Assembly (NCBI GenBank): GCA_012026655.1
Contig: JAAILG010000028.1
Location: 62,001-126,000, forward strand
Source of the DNA: Hydrolagus affinis
Taxonomy: Eukaryota
Direction of reading: 5' to 3'
Length of the DNA stretch: 64,000 bases
Of the stretch, positions 48,022-61,689 are shown piece by piece (positions within the stretch are counted from its first letter, which is position 1; each line of letters starts with the position of its first letter). A model generated the notes under the pieces. The model ran no database searches, was not told the origin of the DNA, and was given only the letters and a program-made list of their open reading frames with translations. The position numbers were made by a program, and so were the translations under genes.

Positions 48022-48497
48022 AAGATGTGCTGATATCAAATGCAAGGATTATTATTAGTTTAAGGGTGCTTGATACCTCCAAATCCTCTCCTCAAAAATA
48101 TCTGACAAGAGACAGATATTTCAGAAATATATACAGTAATGAGATGAACCCTGACCTGGAATAAATTGTGACAAAATGCAGTTTGTTTTCGGAGCAACAT
48201 TTTGGTCTTTTATTTATTGGAATGAGCAAACCCGAGTCAATCAACTTTACATTAGGAATCAAGGAGTGGTTGTTGATTGAGAAGACGTCGGAGATTGATT
48301 TTTTGGGGCAAAGCGATTTTTGTTCCATCACTGTTTCAATGCAAAGCCCATTCCCCCATTTAGTTATTTCACTGCTCACATTACACTGCTCTATGCTCAG
48401 ACAATACCCATATTTCAAAATGACTGATTGCTTCAGATTAGCATCCAGGTCGAATAAAGATGCAGATCAATAGAGCAATATAATTTATATTCATACA

Positions 48498-48830
48498 GTG
48501 GAGTCCCGTAGCAAAGTGGTTAGCACACTCGCCTCACGGTCGAGAGAACAATTCCTGGAGGGATCAAAACCGTAGGCGAATTTCCTTACCCCACAGGCTG
48601 TGTTTACCTAGCCATATTTAAGAAGGCAGATACTAGTTAATTAGCAAATTGCTTTCCAGTGGTAATAATCCCTCAAACAAAAATGTTGCACCTCAATCCA
48701 TGACTGTAGTGCGCATTTGACTGCTGTATTTCTCTCACAAAATATACATTCGATCCACTTCTGTAAAGCGCTTTGAGATGTTTCAATGATGTGATAAGGC
48801 ACTATATCAAGGGTGAGGATTAATATTAAC
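48498..48830 (+). mobile_element. Dominant SINE, long variant, diverged full length
   Basis: GTGGAGTCCCGTAGCAAAGTGGTTAGCACACTCGCC head; TTTCCTTACCCCACAGGCTGTGTTTACCTAGC insert; GGTAATAATCCCTC; tail GTAAAGCGCTTTGAGATG...GCACTATATCAAG. Confidence 0.8.
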
Positions 48831-49834
48831 ATTATTACTAATATTACAGAGCTGGCTGGACACTTGAACTGCAGGATATTTCAACCCCATTCATTCTCCT
48901 CATCAACGTTCGAGGAGGATATATGTTAGACATAGACATTTAATCTAGTTTGTAACAGTAGAAAGTTAAGCTGGACTCTAACTCAGTGTCTCCGGTCTCA
49001 GAAACCTGGAGGTTAATCATCTAAACTTTGGGTTGAAATTGCTGCTACTTATCAGAGCAGTCTCCTTCCATTACAATTTGTACGTTCAACCCTGGAGAGC
49101 CATTTCTTGAAGCGAATCGTGAAAAAATACTAAGCAAACCTTTCTTCTTCTGTGTACAAACACACAGCGACACAGTGCATTTCACATCTTTGACATTATT
49201 GTGACACCGATGGAACGTGTGGCTTTTTCCAGCAAAGCAGCTTTGCAAATACTTTTGCATTATTGACAGAGTGCTCCTTTGACACATCGCGCCTGTGCCC
49301 ATTTCTGTGGCCCCAGCCAGGCTTCATCAAAGTCCTTATTCTCCTTGGAGTTGAGCATTGTACGCGAGCCGGTGGTGTTGGACAGACGGCATGAAAATCC
49401 CAACAGAGAGGCAAGGCACTGAATCGAAAGTGGTTTTGATTGTGCAAACTGAAAGAAAAAAAGGCGCCGGGTGTTGTTTTCATTGGAAACGACATTGTAT
49501 CGAGTGTTTGTAAAGAACAGAAAAGGATTTCTTAACAACTTTACAGGGGCAGTGGCATTCCTTGCCATTAGCGTAGGGTCACTTCCCCTCCCCCTCGCTT
49601 GGCATCCGACACCGTCTTTGTGAGGCGCTTCGAGAACACGAGAACATCTATCCTACACAAACGGCACTGCATAATTACAAACTAAATGAAATCAATGGAA
49701 CTATGATTTAGACACGCACAATGGTACGGGGGAAGAGCTCCGAAAAATCCGAACAAAAAGGGTGTATCTTACCAAAATGAATCACCAGTAAATGTCGTGG
49801 TATTTATCCAGCTAAGGAACCCAGCCCATAAGCC

Positions 49835-50125
49835 TTGACTCACAGGGTTGAGAGCGAGTAGATCTAATAGGGAGATTGGGAAGAATGCCTTCGTGCAGAG
49901 GATGGTGAGAATGCAGAGCTCAGCGGCGGAAACTGGGGCTGAAGCAAAAATAATCTTTGTACAGTATTTAAGAGAGACTTTGCTTGAAGCATACAAAAAG
50001 GAGAAGGAGACAGAGATGTTTAGGAGGTGTGGCGGGAGTGGGGTGGGGAAATAAGAAAAGTCAGCGTTAGAGTGACGTTTAAACAGTAGGCACAGACTTG
50101 TTGGGCTGAATGGCCTGTTACCAAG
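49835..50125 (+). mobile_element. Degraded CR1 3' fragment
   Basis: SRSNREIGKNAFVQRMVRM resembles R.E..KNFF.QRVV..W; ends GGCACAGACTTGTTGGGCTGAATGGCCTGT. Confidence 0.7.
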
Positions 50126-51820
50126 CCATATCACGATGTGTAAGTGTGTGTAATTTCATCTGCTTTCTCAAATGGCTTTGATGAAGCACGGTCAACCAGA
50201 ACCACACTTTGGGATTAGTGTAGACTGACTGGCTTTGGAAACATTTTCTTTGGCAAGAAAAAGCCCAAAACTCTCTCTAAACCAACCTCAAATGAGTGAA
50301 ACACGGAGTGGATCATCGGGGATGCGACCACAACATATTCTGATCCTCCGGTTGCTTCTCAATCAAGGGCAGAAGAAACATTCAACAGCAAGATGTTCAA
50401 CCATCTTCTTTCAAGCCGTCTCTATTTAGGAACTCGGTTTGGCAACTTCAGGGGCCGATGGGGGTGTTTCCAATTGCTATTCGACTGTTGTCAAAGGGTT
50501 GAAGGCAATGTTGTGGTGGTGTTGATTTACCCTCGTTCCTTAGGAACAGTGAAAGGGTTCCATACCCTAACAGAACAATTAAATCATCACTAAGTAGTAG
50601 TCCTTCTGGTCAACTCCCCCTGGCTCAGCATCAGGCTCCTCTATCGTTAAGCACTCCAAATCTACCCAGCGTGAAGGGTGCTAGATAAACACAATTTTTG
50701 TTGTAGGTTTAAGAACCGCTAGCTCTTTATTGAAACGTTGAACTTTGGATTTGACTTTACGGAACTCAAGTTTCAAACTCTCCAAGGCCAAGTGAAAATT
50801 ATAATGGAAACCCTAATTTTGGACGTCTGTTTGGCTCAAAGCCACAGGAGCAGAGGCAAGTACTGGCCTCTTGTAATGTGCCATCTCCTGGTTAAGTTTA
50901 AAATCCTCCAAGTCTACCTGTATTTCTTTTTTTCTTAAATAAAAGTAGCTCCGGGTTTACTTTATTGCCTCATACTTAAACACACTGTGAATGTTGACGG
51001 AGGATTTTATTCTCCATTAAAATGGCTCTCAAATTTCCTCCAAGGTTGACCACCAAATCCCTGCAGATTTCGCTAATATTTCCAGCTGATTTCCATTACT
51101 CCAGTCTGGAGATCATTCAGTTCCTGAAACATTTCCCGTGTTGGCTCTTCTCCTCTAGATAGTTACATCGCTTGCGTTTGGACAAGGTGGATTCTTGTAA
51201 AGCACACATCCAGATGTACTTCCTGACAGAGCGTAGAATGTTAAACAATTAATATAATAATAATCCTTGTATATGATACAGTGCCTTATGATGTAATTAA
51301 CAGAGTTCACTGAATATACTGTAAGGCAGAGTGACTGCATTTTGTATATATAATATCATACAAGGTATATAATATACTGTAGTGTGATTACTTCCTCTTT
51401 CTCCCCATATGGTCTCTTTTTGAGATAAGTGTAGGACAGAAAGAAAATTTAAAAGTAAGTCATACTTGCACCTTATCACACAGTTGCAATGTCTTACATG
51501 GAAAGGATTTACTGTGGAGTGGAATGTCTGTGAACACACCAGACAACTTGTGCCTGACATAGAGAATTTGGCAAATGATTCAATTCAGTCTCAATTTTGA
51601 GAGCTTAATGGAAAACGGGCTTCAGAGTCAAAAGTTGACTGAATGCTGCGTGCTTTGAAACCCTAAGAAAAACAGTGGAAGTCTCGCCCCTGGAGGAATT
51701 TCTCTCCCCAAATTACCGAGAAGATCCACTCCCAATAATGTTCGCTGCTTTCAAACGCCATTGACTGGGTTTAGTCGCTAAGCAAAGTACAAGAGTTCCA
51801 GAAAATATAGAAAACAAAGA

Positions 51821-52067
51821 GTGGGGGGTCATGTCGCATACTAGTTAGAGCACTCGCCTCACAAGTGATAAGATTTACTTTTTTTTATTTAATAAAAATT
51901 ATACATGTCGTAACTTCAGTCCCCGACTGTTTGTGGGACACTACCATACACAATTCGCTGCCGAGTTTCACCCACATAATATACAGCCATTCACTTTACA
52001 ATATATTGTGTGAAGTGCTTTGAGACGTCTCGATGATGTGATACGGCTCTAATCAAATGCAAGGATT
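51821..52067 (+). mobile_element. Dominant SINE, diverged, internally deleted
   Basis: GTTAGAGCACTCGCCTCACAAG head, CTGTTTGTGGGACAC core, tail ATCAAATGCAAGGATT. Confidence 0.85.
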
Positions 52068-52380
52068 AATAATAATAATAATAATAATCATCCTTGTATT
52101 TGATATAGGACTTTTCACATCTTATCGATATTTCAAAGGGCTTCACAGAATATACTGTAAAGTGAATTAACTGTACATGCGTGGGTGAAACGCAGCAGCC
52201 AATTGCGCACAGCAGTGTCCCACAAACAGTCGTGGATTGAAATGACCAATTTTTTTTTTGATGAATTATAATCCAATGTGTGGTGTAAGGAAACTTGCCC
52301 AAGGTCTCGCCCTGATCTGCCTGGATTCGAACACAGGTCTCACGCTTGTAAAGCGAGTGCTCTAACCACTGAGCTACAGT
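52068..52380 (-). mobile_element. Dominant SINE, full length (short variant)
   Basis: Reverse complement CTGTAGCTCAGTGGTTAGAGCACTCGCTTTACAAGCGTGAGACCTGTGTTCGAATCC (intact A and B boxes), CTTGGGCAAGTTTCCTTAC, core, (ATT)n. Confidence 0.93.
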
Positions 52381-53374
52381 GGAATATTATTATTATTAAA
52401 TTTTTTTGAAAATAGAACTGTCAGGGGTATAGCAGAGAAGCAGAGTGGATCTCAATATTTTCTGGGGATGTAAACAAGTTGAGGCCCTAAGGTGACAGAT
52501 CTAGGCTTTGCCTTTTCAGACGGTGGGATTTATAACCGAGCATGACAGGCAGACAATGAGCTGCCAGAATCCTCATTCCTCCCTGCCTACATTTGAAAAA
52601 AAAAGGTTCATTGTATTTTTGGCCTAAAAATCCAGCAATGTGAAGTGGCGGAGACCAGGGAAACCAGACCAGCAATTTGCTAGCTAGCTATGTTTTCTTT
52701 TCCCATGGCCCTGGGAATTTAATGCACCGGACATTTATTGAATGTATCACTAATTTCCTGCAATTTTTCTACACTTATCAAGAATTGTACACTAATCGCC
52801 GCTCAAGAGAAAATTGAGCTTCTGCTGAGCAACAGAAATGAGATTGTTGCAAGACAACTGCGGATTGTTAAAACATACTTGAACGAGATGAATTATCTCC
52901 TCTCACTGGACTGAACACTCACCAGATTAACAAGGGGCGGAATGAGGGTGTGTGGACTGAAATTCTTCCACACTAATGGAACATAACCCTTACTACAATG
53001 CAGACAAGGTTGCTGACTCTCATAGGACCAAATGGGAGGTTAGTTCTGCCTTTAAAAGGCACACACTTGAAACAAGAGTATTAGATTAAAGTACAACTGA
53101 AGGTGCTTTGAGACTCCCTGAAATGTAGTTAATGTTATTTTCTGCTTTGGTTCGAAAAGGAGCTCTCCCTTGGAATCAAACATGTGACACACTTTTGCTT
53201 CAAAAGAGCACACAATAGGAGTTAACAATGAAGTTAGCTATACGCTGTTGCCATTCTAAGTGGACAATGAAAAATTTGCTACCGCAGCTTTGCTCAAAGC
53301 CCCATTCATATTGATGCTCTTGCTGTCGCTTTCCAATTTTCTTCTGCTGCAAATTGATATTTAAACAGCGGTAA

Positions 53375-53478
53375 ATAATCCTTTCATTTGACGCAACACC
53401 TTATCATGTTGTTGAGGCTCTGCAAAACGCTTCGCAGGACATTCTGTAAAGTGTATTTACTGTGTATTTTGTGGGTGG
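53375..53478 (-). mobile_element. SINE 3' fragment
   Basis: AATAATCCTTTCATTTGAC...AAACGCTTCGCAG...CTGTAAAGTG...TTTTGTGGG. Confidence 0.7.
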
Positions 53479-54965
53479 ACAGATATCATCCAAGACAGGC
53501 TTGGAAGAGTTACTGAGGTTAACAGTGTGAGGTAATTAAGTCCTCACAGCTAAATAATAACAACAGTCAAGCAAGCACCCTGGGTGCCTGCCTGACTTTA
53601 CCGCTGATCGTACTTCAGCACTCCCAGCGTCAACTCCATCAGATGTCTGCTGCTTTATATGAATTCAGGGAAGTGAGAAGAAGGAAACCACCAGAGGTGA
53701 GCCTATTTTCCAGTTGAGCCTATTTTCACCCGAGCTGTGGGCTGGAGCAGTCAAGAGGGGGTGGAGGGTTTTTGAAAACATGAGGAGAGGTCAAAGAGAA
53801 AGGTCTTGAGACACATGCTTCCTACCCATATCACGCCCAAAGCGCCCCCCACCCCATACCCCTCAAAGGAATTGATTGCAAGATGTTTTTAATGCAGCGG
53901 AATGGATTTTCAGGCCCTGTAACCGATCACTTTCCGGATTTAGTGCGAGATCTTCAGTGACACTGAACAGTGTAAAACTTGGAAAATAGACAGTAGCCAC
54001 ACTTTTGGCATCCCACACTTTCCTGTCGAAACGAGCAGAAAACACAACCACTTGCTGCGCATTCGCCAGCATTGGGCATCCGATTTGAAAGGATTGCACT
54101 AACTGCTTTTTCCCTTATCACACATTCACATTGCTTTATTGTGTCTCTTTTTTTTTTATTTTTGTTGCGATAAGAGCCCTTTATCCTTCTTTCAGCTGAA
54201 TTCCCTTGGGGCTTATCTCAGACAGTGTACTCAGTGACTTATCTAATTACACCAAACATGACCTGAATTTCTAATAATTGACGATATGTAAAAATCCCTT
54301 CATCCTATCTGCCTTGAAGCAGTTACGCGGTCCTAATCCAATTTGGGATTATTAAAGGCAAAACACAGATATTATTACAGGTTTACCTTTTTGCCATGCA
54401 TTTCCACTGTAGAAAGCAGTAGCATTACACAATCCCCCCAAATTTCAGTAACTTGGTAAAGGCAGAAAGTTTTGAACGAGTGAGAAATCTCAGCACCTTG
54501 GAAACGACTTTCCAATGTCAAGGATACTTTATCAAATGCAAGTGTTGCTTTTATTCAATTTTAATCAGAATTGGCTTCATTGCTAATTTTCTTCTCATTG
54601 GATTTTTGTCATCAATACAAGGCAGAGCCCTAAAGGGTGCGGTGGTCCTAGCTGGACAAACAGTAACTTGCAGTGGCAAGCTATGCGATTTTAGTTGATT
54701 AAATTCAATCAGTTACTCCAACCACACCATGAAACCAAAGCCTTAAGTCTTGCCAACCTGCCCCTAATTATCTCAAGACTTGGATACTCATAGGCACGGC
54801 GATGGGGTTCCGCATGTGATAGAATCCCAGTTGATTAGCAAATATTGGACACATTGCTGAATACCAGTGAAGAATTTTCAAACTTTGTGCTTTGTCGAGA
54901 AATGCTTCTGATAATCTAATCTAGATGGACAAGAATAGAGAGCCCATTACCTGGTAGAGACTCAC

Positions 54966-55250
54966 AGGTCTGCACCAAGACAGTTGAACTTGGCTGACGA
55001 TATCCTTCCGTATGCAGTGATGTAAGTTACAACATGTTGAAGAATCCACAGATTTATACAAATCATTGAGCGTCTCGTGTGACTTTGAAGTTTGGTGTAT
55101 TTTATATTGTTTGACTCAGACAACCAAGGCACAACCAAAATTAATATGATCGTGGGCAGCCTTAGCCTAGCATTAGGTGGATTTAATATTACACTGGATA
55201 GGTTCAATACAACACTGCGAATGCTTTCAAGGATTATAAAGGTAAAAGTC
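54966..55250 (-). other. Candidate exon (285 nt, one open frame, product unrecognised)
   Basis: Minus-strand acceptor CTCTTTTTATATTTCATTCTTATTCTCTTCAG and donor GTGAGT; lies within track ORF 54962-55291. Confidence 0.3.
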
Positions 55251-58200
55251 CTGAAGAGAATAAGAATGAAATATAAAAAGAGATTCTTCATTATATTACC
55301 TAAAATATTCTCAAATACTTTCCACCGAGAACTCAGAGATTAGGATTCTATCACACCTCCCCAATTCCTATCCTATATTTCACAGATTTTAAATCTTATG
55401 TCATGTCAATATTCTGAAATGACTTTAAAATGACAACAACAACAAAGTTACATTTCTGGACCGCCTTTCATGTCGGGAGGATATCTGAAGGTGCTGCTTT
55501 AGGCTGCTCACTGAAAATAGCAGCTACACTTTATGCACAGGTCACTATCACTTGCCCAGCTAGAAACACTGAAGCCTTCCTCTGGAAAGGATCTAAAGTA
55601 ATTGGCGGCGTGCTTTTAGCTGAAGGTTTTTTAGGGCTCCTGCAGTGGACTCATAACACTTTCTTATGAAACTTTGATTAAAGGATTACAAATCAGTTTT
55701 ACAAACAGTCCAAGCAGCCAAAGAAAACAACAGCCAGGGCTGTAGCTGGGCATCTGGTTCCAATCCATTTTGAAAGCCTTGCTTGCCATCCTCCAGGCTT
55801 CCGCACAAATGCGCACTTACGCCTCAGCATCGGAGAAGTCTCGCGCAAACAGGTTGCGTCGTACAGCTGAACTTTGTGTTAGCCTCTCACCTGTCCCTCC
55901 CTCGGTGTGGTGAATTTGTTTTGCTTACCTGCGGAACACATTTTAACGGAGACTCGAAGCCCCTTCGGGAAAATGGGGCCCAGATATAGAGTTTAAAGGG
56001 ATCCTCTTTGTTCATATCACTGTTTTTTTTCCTAAAAAAAACACAAGAGAGAAAAACTCACGCTGGTTGTGAATATGAACCTTCCTGGAATTCAGTGTGA
56101 CACAAGGACTAGATTAAAGAATCTTTGTGTGACTGTTTTGCTGTTTACATTTTTGACAGTGTGCTTTGTCCCTGGTCACTGGGGGTCATCGAGAAGGGCA
56201 TTCCTACATCTTTTGTTCTGGATAATGAAGTGCAGTGACCTCGATACAAGGGGCAGCAAGTAGTAGCTTCGGTAAAGATCAGAAAGCTAGATCAGTTGGA
56301 GTTAACCCACCCAAGGGTTGAGAGTCGCTACCTTTGAAGCCGTATGAATTGGAACCCAAAGGTTTGGTGAGAGGAGAGTGGGGGGTAGGGGGTGGGGACT
56401 AGGGTAGAGTGGGGGTGTGGAGAGGCGGGAATAGCCAACGCTGACAGAAACAAAGTCTCTGCATCACATTTAAGATGAATGTGAAATCAAACGAGGGCCT
56501 CTAAAGGAATGTCGATTTGGCTTCAATCACACATTGAGGCTGAAGAAAAAAAAGCGCTAATCTCTTCTATGCGGTGGGTGGTATAAAAAGAGGGAAGCAC
56601 ATATTTTGTGAACTCTGTCGTTTCGCTTTGGAATGCCACAACGTTTAAAAACCTACATCTTTGACATAGAACAGAAATCTAGGCTTCTCATTGTAGACAT
56701 TCCAAGCCCGCACTACCCAACTGTGTGTTTGCTTGCTTTGACTGAAATTGAACACTGTTTATACATGAGTCGGGTTCCCGAAACCAACCAGACCCATTCT
56801 TACCAAAGAAATTTTAGAAATTCCAGACATTTCAAGAAGTCAAATTGCTCGGTTGATTCTCAGGTAATGACGTTTTCACCAGCCCTGATCGGGAGCATGA
56901 AAGCTGATGAAAAGTAAAGGGAGCTAAAAAGAGATTCTCCGAATATTTCACCTACACATTGGTGATGGATAATTTGTCTCGATAGCAAGCTTCAATGTGA
57001 TTTTTTTTTCTCTCTTACATGAAGCATCCAATGATAATTTAATTATTTGGGCTTTGTTTAGTCCTTTGAAAATGTGTGCTCTGCCTCGGAAAATACAATC
57101 CTTTCTGTGGTGTTTCTTTTGTCGCTTACAATGATAGCTCACCATCTGAATTCTGTTGTCCTATGGATTGCTCCCACGTTAGAATGACTGTGAAATACAA
57201 GTACACTTTGCGTCAACCTACGCTAAGGGGGATAATGAAACATTGATTTCTGGTAACGGTTGAAAATACATCTTGATCTCTGGGTGTTCAGTGTAATATC
57301 AGAGTATGTAATTCAGCCCCATCAGATGATCACAGTTCAATTAGAAAATGATTCAGACTATTATTCATACTTAGAGACTCATTTCCTTCACGCATTACAG
57401 GCAAGGCACTTCGAGACTTTCCGACAATGATAAGGTGCTTGAAATAAATTGCCAGTTAATTATTGTTAAAGTTATTGTTTTGCAAGGTTTCCATTGTTAG
57501 GAACTGCTGAGTTAAAAAGTCCCATCTCCCAAAGGTCCCAGCGAAAAATAAAAAGGGAGATTGAAAGTTAAAGATAATTAGACTTAACAGGGAAGTTTTC
57601 TTTGCCTTACATGGAGCATCAAATTGTAATTTAATTGAATGATTTGGGCTTCATTCCACCTGATGTACCGGGCTGATATTTGAAAATCGTCACCTTGTTA
57701 CGTTCAAAGCGAAAGAGGTGAAAACAATCTAAACTAAAGCTCAAAATGAATAACATACTGCTCTAGGTTTTTTTCGTAATTGAATAGGGAGAAATTCCAG
57801 ATTAATTTTCTTCGTGCAGCATTTCCAAGCAATTCAAGGTTGTTCGAACAAGTGCGATTCATTGAATTCAGTTTCAATTTGGAAGTTGGTTTTCTGTAGC
57901 CCTTGACGGTTACAGGAAAGCAGCAGCAAGGTTAACTTAGTCTAAGAATTTTGCCAAAATTATGGATGCTTTAAAATAAACGTTACAATAAATCTGCAGC
58001 CAGGTGAGTTTTCTCCCTCATTGTAATGCTTTCCTCTCCTAGAAGCTTCGAACATCGCTCGTTTCTTCTGGAGTGTGAGAGGTCTGGCCAGCCCAAGCCA
58101 CAGATACAGTCATAGCTACTTTGTGGACTGTCTGCCAAGCCGTGAGCTTGAGTGATGTGAGAAAGCATCTTTCCCTGGGTAATTTCTCTCCCCAGCTTTC

Positions 58201-58597
58201 CCAGATGACACAGCTGGGAATGCCTTCCTTGAGGACGGGGCCTTTTACGTGAGAAGAGACTGGGACTGTCTGTGCAACAAATAACACAGAGCCTTGGACT
58301 CACAATAAACGTAAACAACAACTCAGAACAGATCGGGAATCAAAGCCACAACCTTCTGTTCCTCGTGGCTTTGTGCCTACACCAAGCTCCGCCTGCGTTC
58401 ACTGGCCCATCAGCGGAGCTCGGAAGTGTTTTAGATTGAAATCCATTGTGATAAATAAGCCAATGCCCTCTCCTGTTAGGGCAGCAACGCCCTGTTAATG
58501 CAATAACTGTCAGGTTCTTTGGCTTTTCATTTTGAAATTCACTGAACTGCACCCGTTTCTATAGCCTGAAGTGCTTAGGGAAACATTGCAAATTAAC

Positions 58598-58730
58598 AGT
58601 AATAATCCTTGCATTTGATGTAGCGCTTTTCACGTCTTCTTGACGCCTCAAAGCGCTTCACAGAATACACCCTAAAGTGAATTGACTATATTTCTGGGCG
58701 AAACGCAGCAGCCAATTGCGCACAGCAGTG
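58598..58730 (-). mobile_element. Dominant SINE 3' fragment (low divergence)
   Basis: AATAATCCTTGCATTTGATGTAGCGCTTTTCACGTCTTC...GCAGCCAATTGCGCACAGCAGTG. Confidence 0.9.
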
Positions 58731-61689
58731 TAATAATGAAAAAGAGATTTCATATCAAGCATAGCTTGATTTTATTTGGGCTCACCTCCACCAAAACATT
58801 TTATTGTTATGCTATGCATCCCCCAGAGTATTTAGGCAAGGGAAATATTTCTGCTATTGGAAATGATTTCCGCAGTTTTGAAAAAATTACATTTCCCACT
58901 GTAATTTGATCCATTTCTGAAGTTGTTAATTCAGGTGGATGTATTACAATTTATATTGCAAGCGTTCTGGGACCGCTACCCTGCATTTGGGGTGCAATAT
59001 AAATGCAAGTTGTTGTTATTAATATTAATAAGAATGAGAATCCTTGTCGTGCCCCATAGATGCAAGCAGGGTTTTTTTTTACATTAATTTGGGTGCTGCG
59101 TTTGCTTATTATAATAGTCACTACATTTGACCGTGATCCAGTTCTTCCAAAGCTCTTTGAGGCAATTGTGCCATTTATAAGGTGCTATAAAAAAAAATGC
59201 AAGTTCTGGAATTAGTCAAGCAAGGGTCAGCCCTCAAAGGAGAGAGTGCACATTTCATTCCGTACATGTTGAATTTCCATGTGTAGGTGGGACACATGGA
59301 ACTCTCGGTTTATTCAATGCATTCCATGTACACTTGGACGGGATGTTCTTAAGCATGGGGATGGATTTCCGCACGTATCAGACCAAAAGATCATGAAGGT
59401 AGGTGAGGGATGAGAGAGTGATGCTGGTATATTAAAAATCACCCATCTTCTCCCAAGGAAATGTCTCCTCTTGCAATGAGCCTTAAGCCACACAGCTGTA
59501 CTGTGTGAGAGAGTGTGTAGGAGTTTTTCTTCCCTCGTTCCACCCTCCAGCTGGGAAGCAGGATTCACAGAGATGAGCATACGCGGGAAAAAGCAAACAA
59601 ACATACATTTCTTGTGAGAAAGGATAAAATAAACTCCTCACTTGGCATGCACGTCAACAATTCCACTAGCTGAGGAGTGAGAGTTTATTGAAAATTGCAA
59701 GGAATAATCTCTGCACCTTCTAAAAAAGATTAACATAATGCCTTATCAAGTTATTGAGGTGTCTCAAAGAACAGTGTAGTGTCTGTGAATTTTATTGGCA
59801 ACCAATTTGCCAATTCTGGGCACAAACCCATTTCTTTTTTTAAAAAAGTGGAAGATTTCAGTTGGTTTAATTTGTGACCTCCTTTTAGTCCCTGAGATGT
59901 CACTGCCTAACATTTAAACAACTTTTGGCTAACAGTAAATAATGACTGTAGTCATTCCGTTTTTCTTCTAAGCCAGCTATTTAGATCCAGATGTTCAAGG
60001 TTTATTAGACCAGCACAACTGCCAAATGGAGTGATTGCTTTACACAGCTTGTTCTGTTGCAATCCTACTCTTGAAATCTGCCGTTCAACTGCACCATTTA
60101 GATGTTACCATGAGTGGGAACTTTATTTGTTCGCCTCACGAGGCACCGATTGAATCACAGGGACAAATGCGCGACCCACAAGTGAAGTTTGTAGGTCAAA
60201 TCCCTCAATGAGGTCTTCTGAAATTCTCTCCAACGTAATCGACACACCGTTAACTCTGCCTTTTCCCGAGCAGAACAAGCTGAGAACGAGCACCAGTCCA
60301 ATTGAGAAACTTTTGATCCAGTTGCATACATGAGCCCACTCAGTAAGAGTGGCATCCAATCCAACCTTCTGCCTTCAGCTCCCCACCTGGGCTGAACTTA
60401 TTTTTTCGTTTCTGGTTGATTCACTAGGCAACAAACTTGTTCCGACATTAATTACGTAAAGAAACACTTTAAAGTGCGTCATTATTTAATCCCAGTATTT
60501 ATTTCCGAGGTCACAGGGTTGTTGTTTCTAAAGTCTTGCTGCAGGTATGCCTCACAGCTTTCGGGGTAATAGTTTTTGTCATTTCATTACCTTTTGTTGC
60601 ACTGATGTGGTTCAATGGGGGAGGGGAAACTGGTAGTTTGTAATGGGGAAATCCCTTTGCTGGCAGCGTAATGGGGACAAGAGAGTGTGAGAGTCGAGCT
60701 TTGTCTCCCTAAGTCTCCAGTGGTAAAAAGCTGCCAGTTACCCTCCCACCAAAGAAACAGAGCCCTATTCGCTTGATCGTAGCAAAACGAATTTGAGTCC
60801 CTCTACACTTTTTTGGACTCCGGGGATCTTATTTTACGCTTTCTTGCACGTAAACCTGGCAGCAAATATTCCTATTGAAAACAATATCCAGACTAGTCGT
60901 TTGAAAGCAGTGGTTTGTAGCAGTCACGGTCCAGCCCTAATTCAGATCCAAGTATAACATTTATTTGGCAGGCCAGCAGGGGATTTATCAGGATTCGACT
61001 GTATACAGTGCGAGATTACCCTTTCACAACACGGAATGTGAATTCTTTGAAAAGTGCAAACGCACAGACTGATCGCATGCGGCAGACTGAATTATTCTTT
61101 CAAGCAACGTAAAAAAAAATGATACACTGGGGAAAGAAAAAGGCTTCCTCTTGACATTTCAACATGTGTTGACAATAGATATGCTATCTCTTGTCATTTG
61201 ATATTCACCAGCGACCTTTTCTTATCGCTCTGATCCTTTGTTCCCTCAATAAGAGAAGTTTCTATTTTCATGTCAGGTTTACTTAACGGGGAATCAGAGG
61301 CAGTCGCTTTTATTTCTGTTGATGTAAATCTTCGACTCATTTGCAGAATGATAATTACCACCCAAAATATGGTTGTGATCGTAAAACAAAGGAAACTAGC
61401 GACGATCCCGAGTCATAATGTTTTCATAAATCATTTTGTACGGAAATCACACTTTAACGACTTATTTTCCCAGTCACTGGTTGATCAAAGGTCAGGAGTG
61501 TTTTGCCCGTTCCCGTTACAGGTACCTTCTCTCTTAATCTATAACCGTCAGATTTATATCTAACTCTACTTGCCAGGCCTGGCTTGGAAACGTGATAACC
61601 CTTACACTGATGGCAGTTCCAGGGAGAAACTCAGTCTCTCTCTGGGCTGGCTGTTTTTTTGGCACGACAAAAAAGTTGCAATTTTTCTG

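Noticed and set aside
52305-52380. tRNA gene (Val/Ala-like); similar heads at 24799, 36387 and 42275
   Set aside because: No acceptor-stem pairing, and the sequence continues directly into the SINE body; these are SINE heads.
60123-60364. Overlapping minus-strand ORFs with a hydrophobic stretch
   Set aside because: No recognisable family and no flanking splice or Kozak support.
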